Part shown: one piece after another, positions 27,482 through 32,000 of the stretch | How the letters are laid out: the number at the start of each line of letters is the position of its first letter | Position numbering within the stretch: position 1 is the first letter of the stretch | Assembly: GCA_030614005.1 (NCBI GenBank) | Contig: JAUWKS010000037.1 | Location: 119 to 32,118 of the forward strand | DNA: 32,000 nucleotides | Direction of reading: 5' to 3' | Source: Candidatus Heimdallarchaeota archaeon | GTDB taxonomy: Archaea; Asgardarchaeota; Heimdallarchaeia; JABLTI01 | The notes under the pieces: model-generated | Told to the model about the DNA's origin: nothing | The model's input: only the letters and a program-made list of their open reading frames with translations | The model's database searches: none | Made by a program: the position numbers and the translations under genes

Positions 27482-28807
27482 CTAAAACCATTTTGTACTT
27501 GTGTATTGATTTCCAACCGTCATAGAATTGAAAATCCAATTTGAAATTGGATCACTTCTCTCCATATCAAAGCTCTGACTGAGAATAACAATAAGCTTTA
27601 GTCCGACAGTATGTCCGGACTCCAGTTCTATATTTTCTTTAATATCTGTATAAGTTGAATTTTGAAGAGTTTTTGTAGCTAACACTCTTAATGTAATATT
27701 GACAGTATAACTAAAAATACCTCCACTAATTACTACATCTAAATCTTCTATTGACGATGCTGGATCAACTTGTGATAGAATATTTGTTGAGACATCTGTT
27801 GAAATTCTCTGATATCGCCATTGACGACTAATTTGTACTGTGGTTTGAGTAATTGGTACTGCAACAACTAAGAGGACAAGTACCCAAGCAATTACCTGTG
27901 TTTTCATTGATCGCTTTGCTTTGATCTTCTTAACAGCTTGCGGTGGTTCCACTTTTCGAATAATAAATACTAGCAAGCACCCTAGTAAAACACAAGCGAC
28001 ATTTGTTACAAATAGAATCAAACTTCCTAAAGCTGTATCCCACTGCAACATTCCAATTGCAATGCCGATATTTACCGTAACTGGGAGTAGAGCTGCAGCA
28101 GCTGCAACACCAATTAATATTAGAGACGTACCGCTTACAAAACAAATACCTGCTGTTAATCCTGAAGCAATTGCAATAATTAAATTGATAATATTTGGTT
28201 CACCTCGAGCAATAATAAATGCGCTTGGCTCGTTTTGTGTTAATTGATACGTTAGTCCGATAACAAATCCGATGAAAACAGAAATGAACACCCCAATTCC
28301 CTCTGAAAGTAACCCTTCACGTAAGATTTTTTGATTAGATGTAAGTGCACCAAAAGCAATTCCAACAATAGGCCCCATCAAAGGGGCAACTATCATTGAA
28401 GCAATTAATGTAACATAATCATCTCCAATAAGACCCATTGCTGCTAAGATAGAGGAGAGAACGGTCCAAGCAATAAAATTAAAATCAAGCTTTGAAATTG
28501 AGCGAACCTTCGTTTCTAATTCTTCGATAGAAATCCTTCTCAAAAATTTATCTTGTTTTCTCGTTCTGGTTCTAGGGATGGTTGCTTCAATTTCAGTAAT
28601 AGTAATTCTCCCTTTTACTCTCCCAATACCCAAATCACTGAGGTGATCTAAAACAAATCCTGTTCTAGTAGGCATAACAGTTAGTAGAATTAAACTATGG
28701 TCAGATCCTTTGATGTGTTCTATTTGCGAAGGAGAAACAACTTCAATGAGACTGGTAACAATATCATCTCCTTCTGCGGCAGGAACAGTTACTTGGATTT
28801 GTTTCAT
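27482..28807 (-). CDS. TIGR00341 / DUF389 family membrane protein
   Basis: LIASMIVAPLMGPIVGIAFG, ARGEPNIINLIIAIASG..AG, LIGVAAAAALLP, ALGSLILFVTNV. Confidence 0.88.
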   Translation of the reverse strand: MKQIQVTVPAAEGDDIVTSLIEVVSPSQIEHIKGSDHSLILLTVMPTRTGFVLDHLSDLGIGRVKGRITITEIEATIPRTRTRKQDKFLRRISIEELETKVRSISKLDFNFIAWTVLSSILAAMGLIGDDYVTLIASMIVAPLMGPIVGIAFGALTSNQKILREGLLSEGIGVFISVFIGFVIGLTYQLTQNEPSAFIIARGEPNIINLIIAIASGLTAGICFVSGTSLILIGVAAAAALLPVTVNIGIAIGMLQWDTALGSLILFVTNVACVLLGCLLVFIIRKVEPPQAVKKIKAKRSMKTQVIAWVLVLLVVAVPITQTTVQISRQWRYQRISTDVSTNILSQVDPASSIEDLDVVISGGIFSYTVNITLRVLATKTLQNSTYTDIKENIELESGHTVGLKLIVILSQSFDMERSDPISNWIFNSMTVGNQYTSTKWF

Positions 28808-28962
28808 TTTGAATCCTCAAGATACTAAACTAGTATTTGATGTTAGTTTTGCACTCTTTTATTTTTTGGGTAGCTCATTTTAAATCAAAAAGGTTTTTCT
28901 TAGAGAAACTATTTTATGTCTGCTTATCTAAATTATCTAAGAATAGCGAGGAACGATGTGCT

Positions 28963-29280
28963 GTGAACAATATTCGATTTCCCATGATAATTACTTGCTT
29001 TGTAAAGAATCCTAAAAAAATAGCCGATATTTTTGAGAAATTACTAAGAGATATGGGTTATGTAAAAATAGGTGAAAGAGCGTTTGTTCATCAAGGTGGG
29101 GAGCAGCTGACCGCAGCAATTACTTTTGGGAAAACCTATTTGCCTGAAATTGATTCAGTAAAAGACTGTTTAACGCTATATCTCTCCGATGCTGAACATG
29201 CTATTAATATTGAAATATGTCATGAATTGAATAAAATCCTTACTTCTGAGATTACCATTGGTACTTCCTTTTATCAATAG
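28963..29280 (+). CDS. Small hypothetical protein
   Basis: Open frame with a globular alpha/beta-like composition, upstream of and co-oriented with the Hdr-like gene. The 5' part of the tracked ORF (28837-28962) looks like AT-rich intergenic sequence, so GTG 28963 was chosen as start. Confidence 0.5.
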   Translation: MNNIRFPMIITCFVKNPKKIADIFEKLLRDMGYVKIGERAFVHQGGEQLTAAITFGKTYLPEIDSVKDCLTLYLSDAEHAINIEICHELNKILTSEITIGTSFYQ

Positions 29281-29335
29281 AATCAATAGAAAAAATTAAA
29301 CAGATTCAATAAATAATCATTTTGTTCTGATAGAA

Positions 29336-30613
29336 ATGCCATATTACGAAAATTGTGACCAATGCAAAAAATGTTTTCCTTGCCCTGTTACAAGTGGTGC
29401 CAAAAATCAGGGGGCATATCCAATTACTCAAGGATATGGTGATATTTGGTATTGTGCAAATTGCTTCTACTGCGAAGATGTTTGTCCTGATTATTCTCCA
29501 AGGCAATATGCAGTTGATCTACGAAGAACAACTCAACAGTTTTCTGACAGAACAATTGAACCAATCAAACAATTGAGAAAACACGGTTTGTTGTTTGATA
29601 TCACTAAAACTTTGGATGAATATAGGCTTGACATAGGCTTGCCTTCCATATTAAAACCAAATGTTGCTGAAGTTGATTTTCTTTATCAAACCATTTTGGA
29701 TGAAAAAACTTCATCTTTAACAAAGTCAGGAGAGAAAGTAGACTCGAGCAAATTTGAGGGGGACACTAAAAAAGGCAAGATTGCACTGTTTTTAGGTTGT
29801 CTAATTCCATATCGAGTCCATGATTATGAATTATCTGCAAGAAATTTGTTGAAAAAATTTGATATAGAATATATTGATTTACCTTTTTCATGTTGTGGTT
29901 CCGTTATGACTGAATCTCAATCAGAAGAACTATGGTTGACTATTAGTGCGTATAATCTAGCTTTAGCAGAGCAATCTGGTGTTGAAACAATTATTACTTT
30001 GTGTGGAGGTTGTACAGGAAATCTTAGAAGAACAAATAATATCTTACTTGAAAATAGTGATAAATTGAAAAAAACAAATGAACATTTAAGTAAGATTTCA
30101 AAAAACTATTCTGGAAAAATAACTATTAAACATTTCTCAGAATTTTTATTGGACAACAAAGTAACCAAGATAATACCTCGTTTGTTGAATTCTTCAAAAG
30201 TCGAAAATCTTATGCAAATTTCCGCTTCCGTACAAATTCCCTGTCAAGTAATACGTCCTGAAAAACATTCTCCGAATTCTCATCTTGAAACGAAATTATT
30301 AACTGATTTGATGGAATTAACTCAAATCAAACTTATCAAGTATCCATATGAATTATTATGTTGTGGCTCGTCAATTTTAGTCTATGATGAACTGTTGGCT
30401 TATAAAATTGCTAAGAAAAGAATCGATTCTCTTTTAAAAAGAAATGTTGACGCGTTAATTCTTGGATGTGGAAATTGTAGCATGAATTTTAGTGTTCATC
30501 TTTCGGAATATTCTGATATACGATTAGCAACACTTTTTTTTACAGAAGTTCTTGACTATGCACTGGGTTCAGAAAATGAAAAATTAGATGAACTACTTAA
30601 AGATAATAAATAA
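29336..30613 (+). CDS. Heterodisulfide reductase-like HdrC-HdrB fusion (two Fe-S motifs plus two CCG domains)
   Basis: CDQCKKCFPCP and CANCFYCEDVCP at the N-terminus, then FLGCLIP, FSCCGS, LCGGCTGNL, IPCQVIRP, LLCCGS, GCGNCSMNF. Confidence 0.85.
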   Translation: MPYYENCDQCKKCFPCPVTSGAKNQGAYPITQGYGDIWYCANCFYCEDVCPDYSPRQYAVDLRRTTQQFSDRTIEPIKQLRKHGLLFDITKTLDEYRLDIGLPSILKPNVAEVDFLYQTILDEKTSSLTKSGEKVDSSKFEGDTKKGKIALFLGCLIPYRVHDYELSARNLLKKFDIEYIDLPFSCCGSVMTESQSEELWLTISAYNLALAEQSGVETIITLCGGCTGNLRRTNNILLENSDKLKKTNEHLSKISKNYSGKITIKHFSEFLLDNKVTKIIPRLLNSSKVENLMQISASVQIPCQVIRPEKHSPNSHLETKLLTDLMELTQIKLIKYPYELLCCGSSILVYDELLAYKIAKKRIDSLLKRNVDALILGCGNCSMNFSVHLSEYSDIRLATLFFTEVLDYALGSENEKLDELLKDNK

Positions 30614-30625
30614 AAAGAAGCGCAA

Positions 30626-31591
30626 TTATACAATTGCAACTTCGTCTTCAACGATTGTTTGTTCTTTCTTGTGAGTAAAGAATTTTATTTTCTTAAATAA
30701 GACGGGCATTAACAATCCAATTACGGAATACACAATTGTATATCGGATGAAATCGTAGAGGTAATCTAAAGCATAATTCGTTGTTGCAAAAAGATCGAAT
30801 AAAGCACTCAATCCAAAGTAAACGCCACTTAAAAATGCTAATCCCGTAATTATTCTAAGTAGTTTTGAATACCACTTCAGATTATTATTATCCATTTTAA
30901 TGTAACGGGCTTCGAACCAAAAGAACACTGGGAATATCATTAGAGCAGCTACTATTTTTGCAGAATTTTCTGCATCACCTGGTGGCCATTCCACAAATAA
31001 TCCAGTAAAGAATGTAATAAAGAACACGGCTAGCCCGTAACCTTCTCCAACAATTATCTTTACCCAATTAGGCCATTTATCCATCCAGTTAATTAGAAGT
31101 GGGATACTAAAGTATAATGCCGCTAAAACTGCAACACCAATAAGGAATCCAATTATTACATCACCAATAAAATGTACCCCTAAGAATACTCGAGAGATAC
31201 AAATGAGAAGAATAAGAATTGGAATAACAATATATAACCAGATTTTTTTGAAATGAAACATTATCCAACCGTACATTGTTGTAGACGATTGAGCATGTCC
31301 TGAAGGAGTGCTAAAACCTTCTACTTTAATCATATTATCGCTAATCGCTGGTCTGGGTTTCTTAATTAATACTTTTAAGAAAAAATTCAGAAAACTTGTT
31401 GTTAACAAAACATAGATTGCAATTATTGCATCTTTTTTCTTGTATGTCCAAAATGCCATCGCTAGAAGAACGATATAAATAATGGGGTCACCAAAAAATG
31501 TTATAATTTTAAAAGGCCATTCCGACCAAGGAATAGCATTTTGTAACCATTCATTTATTGTTTCATCAAAGAACCAACCCATTGATTTCAC
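30626..31591 (-). CDS. PAP2-family membrane phosphatase
   Basis: C1 KVLIKKPRP, C2 TPSGHAQS, C3 SRVFLGVHFIGDV, plus an extended C-terminal TM region. Confidence 0.92.
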   Translation of the reverse strand: MKSMGWFFDETINEWLQNAIPWSEWPFKIITFFGDPIIYIVLLAMAFWTYKKKDAIIAIYVLLTTSFLNFFLKVLIKKPRPAISDNMIKVEGFSTPSGHAQSSTTMYGWIMFHFKKIWLYIVIPILILLICISRVFLGVHFIGDVIIGFLIGVAVLAALYFSIPLLINWMDKWPNWVKIIVGEGYGLAVFFITFFTGLFVEWPPGDAENSAKIVAALMIFPVFFWFEARYIKMDNNNLKWYSKLLRIITGLAFLSGVYFGLSALFDLFATTNYALDYLYDFIRYTIVYSVIGLLMPVLFKKIKFFTHKKEQTIVEDEVAIV

Positions 31592-31616
31592 CTTAGCTTA
31601 ATTATGGTCTATCTTG

Positions 31617-31647
31617 GTTAACGCACTCTTAAAGAGTTGGTGTTAAC
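31617..31647 (-). repeat. Imperfect hairpin at the tnpB stop, candidate IS right-end/omegaRNA structure
   Basis: Minus strand GTTAAC-ACCA-ACTCT-TTA-AGAGT-GC-GTTAAC folds into 6-bp and 5-bp stems overlapping the stop codon. Confidence 0.55.
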
Positions 31648-32000
31648 TTTTGATTCTCTGCGAGTCCGCCCAACTCCAGAATCATTCTGAAGGAACTTTC
31701 GTTTGACGTTTGGCTGTATGTCGCTAAAAAACTTCTCTCGAAAGACTCGAATATCTTTCAAGAGTCGTTGCCTGACCACAAGGCGTTTCTGTGATAGTGC
31801 TAGTAAGGCGAGGAAGCGCTGCATTTGTGTTCCTGAACTGCTTGTATCTCGATCTATTACTAACCCACAATCACAACTAATAGTTCGTTCGGAGAGTTTG
31901 CGGTTCTCTTTTGCCATACAGTAAGTGCATAGTTTGGTTGTATCTCGTTCACTGATCCTTATTACTTTCTTACCTACTCGCTGTGCTTTGTAGGTTAAGA
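31618..32000 (-). mobile_element. tnpB: IS200/IS605-family TnpB (RNA-guided nuclease), 3' end; gene runs off the window
   Basis: The frame is open from the window edge: LTYKAQRVGKKVIRISERDTTKLCTYC...LSERTISCDCGLVIDRD. This is the TnpB zinc ribbon and RuvC-III DRD motif. Confidence 0.88.

Noticed and set aside
28963-29280. Cas2/VapD-like beta-alpha-beta pattern in the small hypothetical protein
   Set aside because: Lacks the YD[IV] acidic motif, and the pattern is generic to many ferredoxin-like folds.
319-31924. Numerous ORFs antisense to or nested in real genes (e.g. 1514..1813, 5212..5526, 12406..12792, 14451..14945, 23668..24069, 27921..28247, 31703..31924)
   Set aside because: Fully overlap well-supported genes and show no motifs; shadow ORFs.
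1-32000. tRNA, rRNA, CRISPR arrays and inteins
   Set aside because: No cloverleaf/T-loop signature, GC-rich rRNA-like tract or periodic repeat-spacer pattern seen by eye; atpA, atpB and the helicase have normal uninterrupted motif spacing. Short ncRNAs could be missed without covariance models.

Overview
AT-rich archaeal chromosomal window, probably from an Asgard archaeon (inferred from gene style and two eukaryote-like proteins; no search was run). The first 2.7 kb holds three damaged genes (M32 carboxypeptidase, a frameshifted DUF6557-like gene, a decayed surface protein) and an intact 44-aa helical-repeat protein. Next is a tightly spaced + strand cluster: a helical protein resembling a degenerate TIGR02710/Csm6-like scaffold, a full Dna2-type Fe-S nuclease-helicase, a tandem winged-helix protein with a Cys-rich wing, and a TrmB-like protein split by a symmetric helical insertion of about 545 aa. 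The middle is mostly housekeeping: SMI1/KNR4, iorAB, AglH/GPT-like transferase, ftsZ, MFS, secE (missed by the ORF track), spt5, A/V-ATPase A and B, and galU. The right part holds NfeD-like and flotillin genes, a lone pilin, a candidate longin/uDENN-gelsolin fusion, DUF389, an HdrC-HdrB fusion, PAP2 and the 3' end of an IS200/IS605 tnpB. The best novel-system candidates are the 2961-10298 cluster and the 26629-27429 fusion. No rRNA, tRNA or CRISPR array was seen. All family calls come from remembered motifs.
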